Shown here: positions 52,984-64,000 of the stretch, piece after piece
Layout of the letters: each line of letters opens with the position of its first letter
Position numbering within the stretch: the first letter of the stretch is position 1
NCBI GenBank assembly: GCA_000320545.1
Contig: ADNK01001145.1
Coordinates: 43,336-107,335, forward strand
Source of the DNA: Bigelowiella natans CCMP2755
Taxonomy: Eukaryota > Protista > Cercozoa
Length of the DNA: 64,000 nt
Direction: 5' to 3'
The notes under the pieces: generated by a model
Seen by the model: only the letters and a program-made list of their open reading frames with translations
The model's database searches: none
What the model was told of the DNA's origin: nothing
Position numbers and translations under genes: made by a program

Positions 52984-53482
52984 GAGCAGAGAGAAGCTTT
53001 TCGGCACCAGTGTGCGTGCGTCTTGAATTCCAAAGTTTGCCGAAGGTCGTCCAGGCACCGAAGCTTCGAGCACCGACGTGACGAGCTCGAAATACCAAAC
53101 CGGCGTCGATAGTCCCAGAAATTCCCACCATAAAATGTTGCGACAACACACACAGCGCTCAAAATTGTGAAAATGGCCTGCTAAAGTCTGAGGAGTCACC
53201 CCTCAGCAGGTGCTTTACTAAGCTGTTTTCTGCCAAAACCATCCTTCATTTTGGACAAAAAAATAGCCACGTGCGAGCACTTACTGGCTGGTAATAAAGT
53301 CAGTCATTAATTTATCGGCGAGGGTTCTAGAAGGCGGAAAAGCACGTGCGACATGAATAATTCCCTAATTAGGAATCCCCCCCCCCTTCTGACTAAAGCA
53401 CGCTTGTAGTTGCTTCGTACTTCGTGGCAAGAGAGCATCTGAGGGGTGGAGCTCGAGACCAAAACAGGAGAAAACAGGAGCG

Positions 53483-55033
53483 ATGGAATTTTCGGTAGGA
53501 TGGGTGATCAGTGATGCTCTCCGCATGGCGATGTGTGTCTCTCAGTTTGTCTTCGCCGCTTTACAACTGCACCGAGCCGCTGGTCAAGAGGTCATTGCTA
53601 GTTCGTGGCGGATACAGTTGATGTCGCTCATTACTTCTGCTGTGAGTTTCGTTTGGAATTTGGGAGCACATAATCCTCTGTATTTTGGATGGCGACCATA
53701 CTTGATACTAAACACCTTTGTGCTGATAATGGACGCCTTTATAGGATGCTATCTCCTCTATGTTCTTTCTAGCCTATACTACACATCAATGCACCACACC
53801 CTTGAGTTTCCAAGGTGGACGAAGTGGCTTTTTGCGTTCTACGGAACAATTGCGATCGTATGTAATGTTGTAGCGACCATTCTAATTCTGATATTAGACT
53901 CCCTTGCATGGACAACGCTACGCGTCTCTGGAATCGCATTCTTGATAATTCTAGCTGGGGGAAATACCGTTTTCATCCTGTTAAAACTTCGTACATTATT
54001 GACAAGAAAAATGGTGAGCCCCTCTGTACCCACTGACGATAGGCCGAGGACTCGCACGACGAATCTCAATTCGTCGGGGAAGTTTGGTACGAGATTGGGC
54101 AGTCGCGGTAGAACAGACAGTGTTCCCGGGGGTCTTCATGGCAGAATGTCGATGCATTTACCCGCTTCTGACAGCCCCCTACCAATGAATACCTATGCCT
54201 CTTCCGGTGTAAACGAGCAACCGCAGCAACAGCACGTGGCTTGTCAATACAGGGACACTGGAGGGGGGAGTCATACTCACTCGATTGCGAAGATGCGTAG
54301 TTATCACAGAGGCAGCCATAGCAGTAGCAAAGACAATGATGATACTGAAAGCGACGGAATAGTAAAAGGGGTGAGGTTGGAAAATCCTGTCAAGAGTAGC
54401 AAGAAGGACCAATGTACATCTCCTTGAGTGTTAAAGGAAGAGGAAAGCAAAATCTCTAGCAGCGTCACTTCCAGACGGAGCAGCATCTGGGGAAAAAACA
54501 ACGACGCTAACGACCAAGGAAAGGGGGTGGGGTTCACAGGAACAGGGAAAATAGGGATGAATAATAGTATGAAGAAAGAGGATCTAGAAGAAGAAGGAAG
54601 CCAAAATATAGGACGGTTGGCTGTGGGGGGTGTAAGTTTGGAGCACAGGAGCGTTACAATAGATGATGACTACAAAACGCAGAGGGTCCGTCATCTTCGT
54701 AACATGAAAGTCAATCCTAGCGGCGACAGCAAAATAAAGCACGAGGCGATTGAAAAGACAACGGAGGACGACGAGAATAAAGGCAGGGGGAGCAAAAGTA
54801 CGATTAAAATTGACTTACTCATAATCTTCGGTGCTCTTATTATAGTTGTCGTGACAGCTATAACAGCATTTCTTGCCTGGTTTTCTTCTACCTTTACGAC
54901 CGAGTATTCAGAGGCTACGGACGAAGAGGCAGTTGAATACGATCTCGGCACTGATATTTCAAATCACGTCACTGTCCTTCTCATTTACTTCTATCAATAC
55001 TTTGCCAGGATACCGAATGCAGCCCAATCCTAA
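53483..55033 (+). CDS. Multi-pass (7TM/GPCR-like) membrane protein with a long third loop, interrupted by an in-frame TGA at 54425-54427
   Basis: About five hydrophobic helices in the first ~170 aa, then a long polar loop. Two more hydrophobic segments (LLIIFGALIIVVVTAITAFLAWF; VTVLLIYFYQYF) lie in the same frame after a single TGA. Confidence 0.65.
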
Positions 55034-55199
55034 TGTGCACCTATCAACATAGCAACATAGCGGTACAATGTAAATGAAGAATAGTCAAATTTTGTTCAAA
55101 TATTACATGTGTTGATCCTTGTGGTGTGGTAAATCTAACAACTAGACACACAGAACCAGAGAATTGAAACACAACAATGTGCGAATGAACTGCATGTAG

Positions 55200-55620
55200 A
55201 CAAATTCTGACACAACTAGACAACGACAATTGTGATGTCCCCTGCTAGCCTGCCTGCCAGCTAGCCCTAGATAGCTAGACTAGTAGAGCCAGCTGTCGCT
55301 ACGCATGCTGATTTGCATCATCTAACTTTTCACACTTTCATTGAGCAAAAAAATTCAAGCTAGCAAGCTGTCTAGCTGTTCGTGAGATCTAGCTAGCTAC
55401 CTAGCTACCTAGCTGCCATCCTAGCTAGCGCAGACAGTCTAGCAGTGTCAGAGTGCTAGAGTGGGCATTTGTTGGTTTGCTAGTTTGATCTGCGCGCGCC
55501 GCGCAAGCTAGCCGCAAGCTAGCAAGCCTGCACAGCGCTAGCTAGCAAGGAGCATGCACTGCGCACACACCTAGACACGCTAGTGGGTGCAGGAAAAACA
55601 TCACGAGGGCCATGCATTTT
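55200..55620. repeat. CTAG/GCTAGC-rich low-complexity tract between convergent genes
   Basis: About 23 CTAG tetramers by hand count in ~390 bp. Confidence 0.8.
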
Positions 55621-55710
55621 CATGCACATGTGGTTTTACAAGGCGTAGATTGTTTCTTCACAACTGACAATTTTCAATTGAATGATCAATCATTTTGTGC
55701 CTGCAATTCA

Positions 55711-55740
55711 TTGTTTTCAATCAGATTGTTTTCAATCAGA
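55711..55740. repeat. 15-bp tandem direct duplication overlapping the ROCO stop codon
   Basis: TTGTTTTCAATCAGA x2. Confidence 0.85.
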
Positions 55741-58700
55741 AATCCGGATCTGTTATGTTGTCCATTAAGTAGGATAGATCCTCTTTGGCGAAAATTGCTC
55801 CCTGGTCAGCCTCTTCTGTTTGCATTCCAGACTTGAAATCATCCTCTCTACTCTCCTGTTCGGCCTGGTTGAATGGCTCAGATGCAGCAGCAGGAAGATC
55901 GTCCTTTTTGCTCCACTGTTCGACATGTAGAAGGAGATCTGATGCGGTGGGGCGCTCCTACCAAAAATTACCCAAGGCGAAAATCATCAAAGAAGGTAGA
56001 ATGTGCACTATTGTGGATTGAACATCTCTTACCGCTACGTCTATGATAATATCTCCCACCTTAATTTTCCCCTGGAGTTACAAATTTGAATCAATGTTTC
56101 ACGCAGCGTTTGTTTACAGCATTGACATTCAGAAGCACTTCAACATAAGGAAACCAACCTCTGTGGAGGCAGAATGGGTCGTTCGAGAAGCCTCTTTTAA
56201 TTTGCAAAGAAGGCTTCGTGCATGAAGTTTGGGCATCCCAAGTTTTTCCAAATCATCGTCATTACAAACTTCGAGAACAGAATAATCCAAATCTTGCTCA
56301 AGTACCACCTAATGCAATGACCGAAGACATACTGTAAAACCGTTCCATAAGCTATCATCACTTTCACTGTTGCTACCTACCTCGATGCATTTCTTCCATT
56401 TCTTATTTTCCTCTGTACTGATTGTCTGGATAAACTTGACGATATCGTGCTTGGTCCATGACCTGGTGTCGTTAGTTGCATCGCCTTCCGATTGCTTCCT
56501 CTCATGCTGATTTAAGTTCACATAGCACTCTATGATCAAAGGATGAAAGCAATAGAACGGAAGACGAAAGAGGAAGTAGGCATGGAGATAACAGAAGAAG
56601 AGATAGAAAACCTGCACCTTGATGCTATATTTGAAGCACATATCTAACAAGGATTCTGCTCGCGAAGGCACATTCAAGTCCTTAGGAATCTGATGTAACA
56701 CATTTACTATGACATTACGCTCCACACATGACATAAGCTTTAACCTTGAACGGCATTCGCTCGTCAAGAAGTTGTGATTTCAACTCCTCGTCGCTGTCTA
56801 GGAACACGTGTGGCTCCCTCCCCTTCGTCAATATCTCCCAAACTGTTACTCCGAACATCCAAACATCGGATTTCTGGCTGAATTGGGCATTGATCAAGCT
56901 CTCGGGGGCTTCCCAAGCCCAAGCAAGTTCTGTAGCTTGGTCCGTTATGACATTTCCCTTGAGGACAGAAAGTCGAAGATAAGGAAAAAGAAAAATAGAT
57001 GAAATAGAATCAGATATATAAAATTACAGACTGTTCTGTATGAAAAGGATAAGAATCCGATATCAACGATTGCTACTGCAACGTACCTTGGTATATTTCG
57101 ACACGCCATAGTCGCCAAGAACAACAGATCCATTCGTTTTCATGAACAAGTTGCGGCATGCAATGTCTCGGTGAATCATTCCAGCTATGGTAGAATTGTA
57201 GATGCATCAAGAGTAGAAGAAAGCAAAAAAGACAAAATCATACAGGACGTATCCACAATGGTTAGTCAAATGATGTTGTGCTTCTTTCCAATATAACTCA
57301 ATAGCTACTATGGTACAAACAATCACTATTGCTCAACCCACCCAAATTCCCATGCGAATAGTGGTACGCCAAAAAAAGAACTACCTCGATGAAAAGCGTC
57401 AAGTCCGCTGAGAACGCCTTTGACAATCTGCCAAAATCTGTCTTTGGAGGTGAGACTCCTCACACGATGTAGTCTGTCCAAGCTCCCTATTGAAGTTGTG
57501 TATATTGTATATATCTAACTCTTCAAATCGTATTACCGCAGCGTGTACCTTCCTCACAAAATTCGGTGAGAAACAGAGGTTGATTCTCAGTCACAATGCC
57601 GTAGAAAGGGAGGAGATTTGGATGCGGTTTTAAATTGGAGAGTATGAACAGCTACGCAACACAAAAGATAAGGAAATGAGCTAATGTCCTGCGTACGTAT
57701 ATGCACAAACAAATCATATGGAGAGGAGTCTGGAGGCATCAGAGCGGCAATAAGAGAGCGCGTTTGCTTGCAGATATGGATTCATCTCTTGTACCTCAGA
57801 GAGAAGATCTTTGCTGAAGCTTTCTTTTGTACGTTTCATTGCAGCAGCCTAGAGGATAATAATCGTCATCATTCTTATTACATCATTATCACTATGGATG
57901 TAAGTACAAGAAACGGGATAATATCACATTCGAAATGTGCGGGGATTGTTCGAGAAATCACCGTATTCCTGCCGTCAACAGCGATTTCAACCTTGTACAC
58001 CTTCCCATATCTCCCCTCTCCGAGAATCCCTGTTTTCTTCACCTGAAGAGGAAAAGAAATAATAGGAAAGAATACCATAATGATGGTTGGGTGTCCGTGG
58101 AGTAGTGAGGTAGAGAATGACAAGAAAGATGAGGCTTGCAATATCACCTCATCTGGAGAAAAGAACATAGGGCGTCTGAATTTCGTTATCTAAGTAGGAG
58201 GACAAATTTGCTCTCAGCAAATGCATTATAACCCCACATGCTGCCTGTACGAGTAAGTATTCTCGTTGATGCGATCAATATATTACCTTGCCGTCTTCTT
58301 TGCTCTCTGTAGAATCCTCATTCTCGGTTAGCAACTTGGTCATCATAAACTTGGTTACTGAATTGTCGGGCTGGGCATCACCATCGCGTACGACGATCTG
58401 TTTCAGCAAGTAAATGTTAAAGAAGCACCTGTAAACATAGGTGTTCCTTCATCATCACTACCTGCTGTTGCATCTGCTTCGATTCGGTAATGATACTTGT
58501 AAGCGGCTGCATCCAAGCCTCCAGCTTTGCATCAAAATCACTAGCGTTTGTAGCGTTGCGGAGCTGCGCTCCCCGCTCTATCCATATGAAGTCGATATAC
58601 CTGTGCGTTGGTAGGGAGATATTCAATCTCACTACTCGTTAATAACTTCACCAAATATGACATACACCACAGATATAGAGCAACGTACTCGTCAAAATTA

Positions 58701-61700
58701 ATTTTCCCGTCCTCGGCAGCTGAGGGAGAGAGGTTTGCCATGCGTTTACTTAAACGCTTAGCGCTTTCCGAAGGATACAGTTGCTGCAGGAACCATTTTA
58801 TTTAACATCAGACGACATCAGACGAAATGATAGCAACGTAGCACGAATCTCCTCTCTACATCTCAAGTTTTCATCAACTCTCGTTATCTATCGATCTGAT
58901 GGTCAAATTTACAATCCCACCTTTAAGATTTGCTTCATAGTCGACAGCGCTATGAATTTCTTACGGGAATTGCTTGACTCTCCCGATGATCTTTCACCAA
59001 GTAGTCCAAAGGTATAACTACGACCGGGGAGAAAACAAATGATTCTACAAAATATTCGGAAATATCAGCCCGGTTCAGAAAACTGTATGGACTACCGAAG
59101 TGTTGCATTCTCAAGAAAGAGCTCATAGAACGGCTCCCAAGCCCGGAAATGAGCCACTTCGAGGCTTTTGAATTCAATCTTGGAGACGATTTTCTTTTTT
59201 TTTTTCTCACAGGCCTCTCGCCACTTTTCATACTCGACGGCATAAATCATTTGGCTGTATTCCAAATGCAGATAATGCACATATTAAGTCATAAATAAGT
59301 CTCATCAGGAGGATATAGTTGCATGTATGCTTTGGTTTAATCTAACAAAAACAAATCATTGATACAGATATTTGGAAGCCTTTGTTCTAACCATGGTGCG
59401 AGACATGCCTATACCTCATCACAACTCTCTCTATGTCATCATTATTCCATAACATTGAACATGGAAATTCAATTTGTTGCAAAAGCTACACGTACCGATC
59501 GAATAGAAGAACGCTAAACGCAGCTGCGTCATTCTGCTTATACGGCCACTTGTTAATCTTATTGGCGATATAAAGTATAAACCGTAATAGCCTGGTTGAA
59601 ACCAACAAGCTGTGAGGTTGCGACGTGCACGTAGTCATAGAATCGATATACCTTGCACCATCTTCGTATTCAGACAGTATTTCGACATTTATTGCCATAA
59701 CATAACTCTTCCAGCCTCTAGCCATACAAACACACAATTGCATTAAAAATTGCAAATGCGCTGAAAATACATAGACGTGAATTTCTCTGATACATGTATG
59801 TGCGCATATTAGCTCAATATGAATTGGATGATGTGCTGTTTGAAAGACCCCTCATCTTTTCGTAGCATAGAAGTCGACATCCGGATACGCAAAGGCTCAA
59901 TGTATAGCTCTACCTCACCCTTGGCAAATTTCTAACATGTCCATGAAAATGTTTCAGAGTGAATATCACAAACCATGAAGGAAACTAGTGAATGAAAGTA
60001 GTCCTTCTCTAACCCCAAATCAATAAATACCAAAACGAAAATGACCTGTTCCTTTAATATCATGGGTCCCGTCGCTCCTGAACGATAACGCGTTAGAATG
60101 ATACAGTCAAAATGGAATCATAGTCTGCATAAAAACAAGAGATGTTATGCATTAAAACTGCAAATCTCGCATACCTCTTCGAAGCTCCTTTGTGCGCTCG
60201 GAATTCGATGAAAATTCTGTGACTAAGAGACACACACAAACACATACGAATTTGTTACTTTAACTATTTCATAAAACAAGCCTGTTGTCGTTACCGGTGC
60301 TTCCGACCAGCATCTCAAAGTAAGAATGCGGCCTGATGCATTTGAAGTACAAAGAAAACTTGCCAACAGCCGCGTGCTTTTGCTCCACGCTTCCTTCCTT
60401 ATATTGCATCATCGAAGGCACCAGATACTTGCCAGTTTCGCCGATCTTACACAATATCATAAACCTATTTTAAAAAATCAAAATGAACATGTGCTAATAA
60501 ATCAGGAGCTCATCGCGGTGTAGAGCTTCCAGATCGTCCAAATGTAAATTTGGAACCTTACAAAGTAAATGACGTAGTACTTTTGTAATATGCCGCGGCA
60601 AAATTCGTGCAGCCTCTTCCGCTCCTTAGAATCATGTGATTCCCTAGTCTTATAGTCTTCTTTGCCGTTATCTTTGGGCCTCGGAGTTTGCCATATATGT
60701 TTTAACACTTCCTCGTGGATAACGCCACGGTGGAAGAATCTACATGAAAATTAAAAACGCCCCCTCAACCCATAACTACTCACAAAAAGAAAAGGGGAGA
60801 TGTGAGAATCTACGCAATTCAATTATTCATTGAGCGATAAGTACCAATACAAAGCAGTCATTCCAGTTTAGTATGGATATGTTGATATTAAACCATTTTT
60901 TTGCGGTTTCATTAGCAGGTGTGTGTGTGTGTGGATTTATTCCTCACTCATTAAGCTCCTTCGCGTATTCAGCAGCCCTGAACGTATTGTTGTTGTTGAG
61001 GGAGTCGGTCAGTTGCTGATAGAAAGCAAATTTGGATTGATAGTTGGGTATTACAGCTCTTGGTTCTTGTATAACGAATCGTGCAATCCTCGATCGTATA
61101 TCAGCTTCTTCACAAGGTCAATAAGGTGCTGCGGTTGCATTACGACGTGCTGGTGAAAAGATAATGCTTCAAACAATTGTTTATTTAGCACGATAGTATT
61201 GGGTTGATTAGAGAGAGATTGATTCGCACATCTCGTAGCTCCAGTTCGTCGAAATATATCGCCAACCCTAACTCATAATATCTGAACAATAATTGAAAAT
61301 ATTAGGAAGCTGCCAAAGCATAACGAACGATATCATTTGTTCAAAAAAATTACTTCAGCAACATCCAGCGTACTTCTCTTTCTTCCACGATTCCATGCCT
61401 TCGGCACTCTTCTCTAATCGCGTTGAAGGTAAATATTGGCTGATTTTTTGCAATCAAATCATCGCACACTTTCGTCCAGGCTGAGGGCACTTCCTCGTTT
61501 GCCTTGAATTATAGAGTATTAAAAGCAAAACCGATCACCAACATCTAGACAACAAACTGGAATAATATATATTATTCGCGGCGTAGCACCTTTTCGTCTG
61601 TCTTCAGCTTTTCCATGATCTCATTGCGTAACTCCCTAATCGTACTGTGCACGTCCCCGTTACCCGTTCGGAATCGTACAATAATAACGTGGAAGGTAAG

Positions 61701-64000
61701 AACGTTCTTCGCATCGAAAAATAGACAAGAATTAATTAATTAAGAAATATCCAATAAATAGAGACGATGATGCTCGTGTAAGATGAAATCTCTTGTTATT
61801 ACTTGCTGTCGGCAGGAAAGAACACCAGATTTGCGGGCTGTTGCAGAGCTCCTCCTTTCGGACACCATCGCTTGCACCGTGACCATGGAAAGGGTTTGAA
61901 ACCCTGAAAAACCTAATTTATGGTGTCTTAACTGATGCTGCTGCTTTTTTTGGAGAAATAGAATTCGGGGGGTTCAGCCCTATTTGTTACACATATATAC
62001 CTCCCGCGCAATATCTGTGATTTCCCGGTCGACAACGTTAAGGACGTTGAGTAGCGCCTGTTTCGAATAGACGTTAGAAATATTTGCAAGCGGATACGAG
62101 CTTCTCTGTCTCTCTAATTGTGTCTATTCTTGTGTATGCGTGTGTTTGTGTTTCTCACCTCCGGTTGATCTTTCTCCTTGAGCTTATCGACTTTTGTTCC
62201 CACAAACACGAATGGCGCTCCAGGAGCAAACGTGCGGATATTTTGCAGCCAGAATCTTAGGTATTCCACCGATTTCTTCTTTTGTCTCTCTGCAGTGTTG
62301 CCTATAGGTGCGTGCATTGGAATTGAGTGTGGGAAGACTTCGGCCGTCTTACTAATTACAATCGATGCTCTTTTCTCTATAACATTGAATACGAGGTATA
62401 TTCTCGTTCTACTTTCAATCTATTTTCGAAATCTAGCTCCATGCCAAACGAACAAACATAATATGACCGTCGTATTCTCTCTCTCTTCCTAAGAACTCCT
62501 CCAAGGAAAACACCACCATGTAGAGGCAGTTGCGGTTAAGAAACATCACGTGCGACGTGTAGAACACCTCCTGCCCTGCAAAATCCCACACCGACACCTA
62601 CACATTTTCCATAAATAAACATATACCATATCACATCATATCACATATAGTGGGTGGCGATTTGTATATGAGTAATTCATCGTTGGTCTTACCCTCATAG
62701 CATCTGGATTGTCCAAAGACTCCTGTAAAAGGCCTGGATCTAATTCCTAATATAGAGATCATTCAATTACATCATGCGCTTGCTAACTAAGTTTATTTGA
62801 GATTATTCGGCACCTTGAGGAGCTGCTCCTCGTTCACATCGCTTCGTTGGAAGTCTTTAGATTTTATCACTACTTTAGCATCACTATCTGGATCTATGCT
62901 TGAATTATCTCGCTCTATCTTCACTATAGCAGTTGCAGCACTCACGTCTTTCTTTCGCCCTGGAGAGACTGTGGTTTTCTCTGCCGTTTCTCTCACCTTG
63001 TCCATAGTAACTGCAGCAGTTCATGAGATTGTATAATTTTTCATTTCATCCTCTTCTCTGGTTTTCTCAGGTTTCTCCTTAGAATCAAAGATGGAAAGAT
63101 CATTCTTCGGAACTATCTGTGGCGAGGCTGCAACCTCCTTTGTTTCATCTGCTGCCATTGCATCATTTGGTATGATGGAGAGAGTGTTCTTTTCTCCCAC
63201 TCTCTCTGCTTCCCTTTTATCACTTTTCTTACCTCTGCGCGGAGACTGAGATGCAAAACCATACACACAGTTTATGATAATTGCAATTAGGTAATAATAC
63301 CTTTATATATAATGTACGGAATTCAACACCAAAATCAAATCTACCTTTTTCTTTTCTTTCTCTTTCCTTTTCTCGAGGTAAGCTGTAGCCAATGCCCGCT
63401 CATGGTTCCCTCCTATGCAATCCAAATGAAAACGATGAAACCTAAATGCTCGCATTCTTGTTGGTGTAGCTTACCTATGCTGACGTTCTTAAAAACCGTT
63501 TCTGTGATATTGTTCACGCCCTGCTTTTCATCGGTAATAGTAACAGCAGAAACGTCCTGAACGGTGACATCTGCCACAACCTTCGTATGACGATGCGTAC
63601 AAAAATACAATATACAAAGGTAGCAAATAATTATTTATTGTTTTAGATAATATCAATGTCAAAATCACCGTTGATTCGAAGACGCGAAACTCTTCGCCCT
63701 TTAACGCCATGTATAGCGTCGTTTTTCCGGTGTGGCCTTTGCCGACTATCATCACACGAGACCGTCGCCACGGTGTCGTGCTAAAAAATAGCTGTTTAAG
63801 AGCTTCCACGGAGAGAGGAAACTGAGATGTGAAGGGGTTCTAAAGAGTTGGAGTAGGATTGGGGGAACAGATACGTTAGATGTATTGATGGTGAACACTG
63901 TGGAATATTAAGGTTAGAGTGTCATTCGCTGTCCCTCTGCATCATCTAGTATCATCGCACAACCACATGATGTTCAAAATGGATGGTACTACCTTGGTTA
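55736..64000 (-). CDS. ROCO family protein (ROC GTPase-COR-EF-hand-like-protein kinase-SAM); 5' end beyond the right edge
   Basis: ROC: RVMIVGKGHTGKTT, VSVWDFAGQEVFYTSHVMFL, LRFWLQNIRTFAPGAPFVFVGTKVD. COR: ELGLAIYFDELELRD, QPQHLIDLVKKLI, YLVPSM. EF-like: DGKINFDEYV. Kinase: GEGRYGKVY, AAMK, TEFCEEG, HRDIACRN, DYG, APES, SDVWMFGVTVWEI, ERPT. SAM: WTKHDIVKFI...DDDLEKLGMPKLHARSLL. Confidence 0.9.

Noticed and set aside
54414-54428. A 15-nt GT..AG micro-intron that would remove the TGA, like nucleomorph mini-introns
   Set aside because: Shorter than known nucleomorph introns (18-21 nt), and this is nuclear-type DNA with long introns. The 66-nt intron or readthrough are more plausible.
1-64000. 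tRNA, rRNA, snRNA, telomeric repeats or an intact transposon/RT/integrase
   Set aside because: No supporting motifs were seen by eye; tRNAscan-SE, Infernal and RepeatModeler would be needed to exclude them fully.

Overview
Eukaryotic nuclear DNA: gene-dense, rich in GT-AG introns, with many intronic microsatellites. A chlorarachniophyte alga (Bigelowiella/Lotharella-like) is my inference, from bipartite signal+transit leaders on plastid-type genes; no database check was possible. By manual splicing I find about 15 protein-coding loci. In order: ABCB-type half transporter (truncated at the left edge), PDP-like PP2C phosphatase, SC35/SRSF2-like SR protein, CS-like+cyclophilin fusion, large coiled-coil protein, intronless 521-aa protein, FkbM methyltransferase, intronless IPNS-family 2OG-Fe(II) oxygenase, type II pantothenate kinase, hypothetical protein ending in NDEL, RGG/acidic/repeat/SAP protein, multi-intron YqaJ (lambda-exonuclease family) nuclease, uroporphyrinogen III synthase, 7TM-like protein split by an in-frame TGA, and a ROCO protein (ROC-COR-EF-hand-Tyr-kinase-like-SAM; truncated at the right edge). 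I saw no rRNA, tRNA, CRISPR array or intact transposon. The most unusual observations are: (1) two in-frame SAM exons sitting inside kinase subdomain XI of the ROCO gene; (2) an intron-rich phage-type YqaJ nuclease; (3) a CS-cyclophilin fusion with active-site substitutions; (4) CTAG/palindrome-rich tracts found specifically downstream of gene 3' ends. Gene boundaries are manual and some terminal exons are uncertain.
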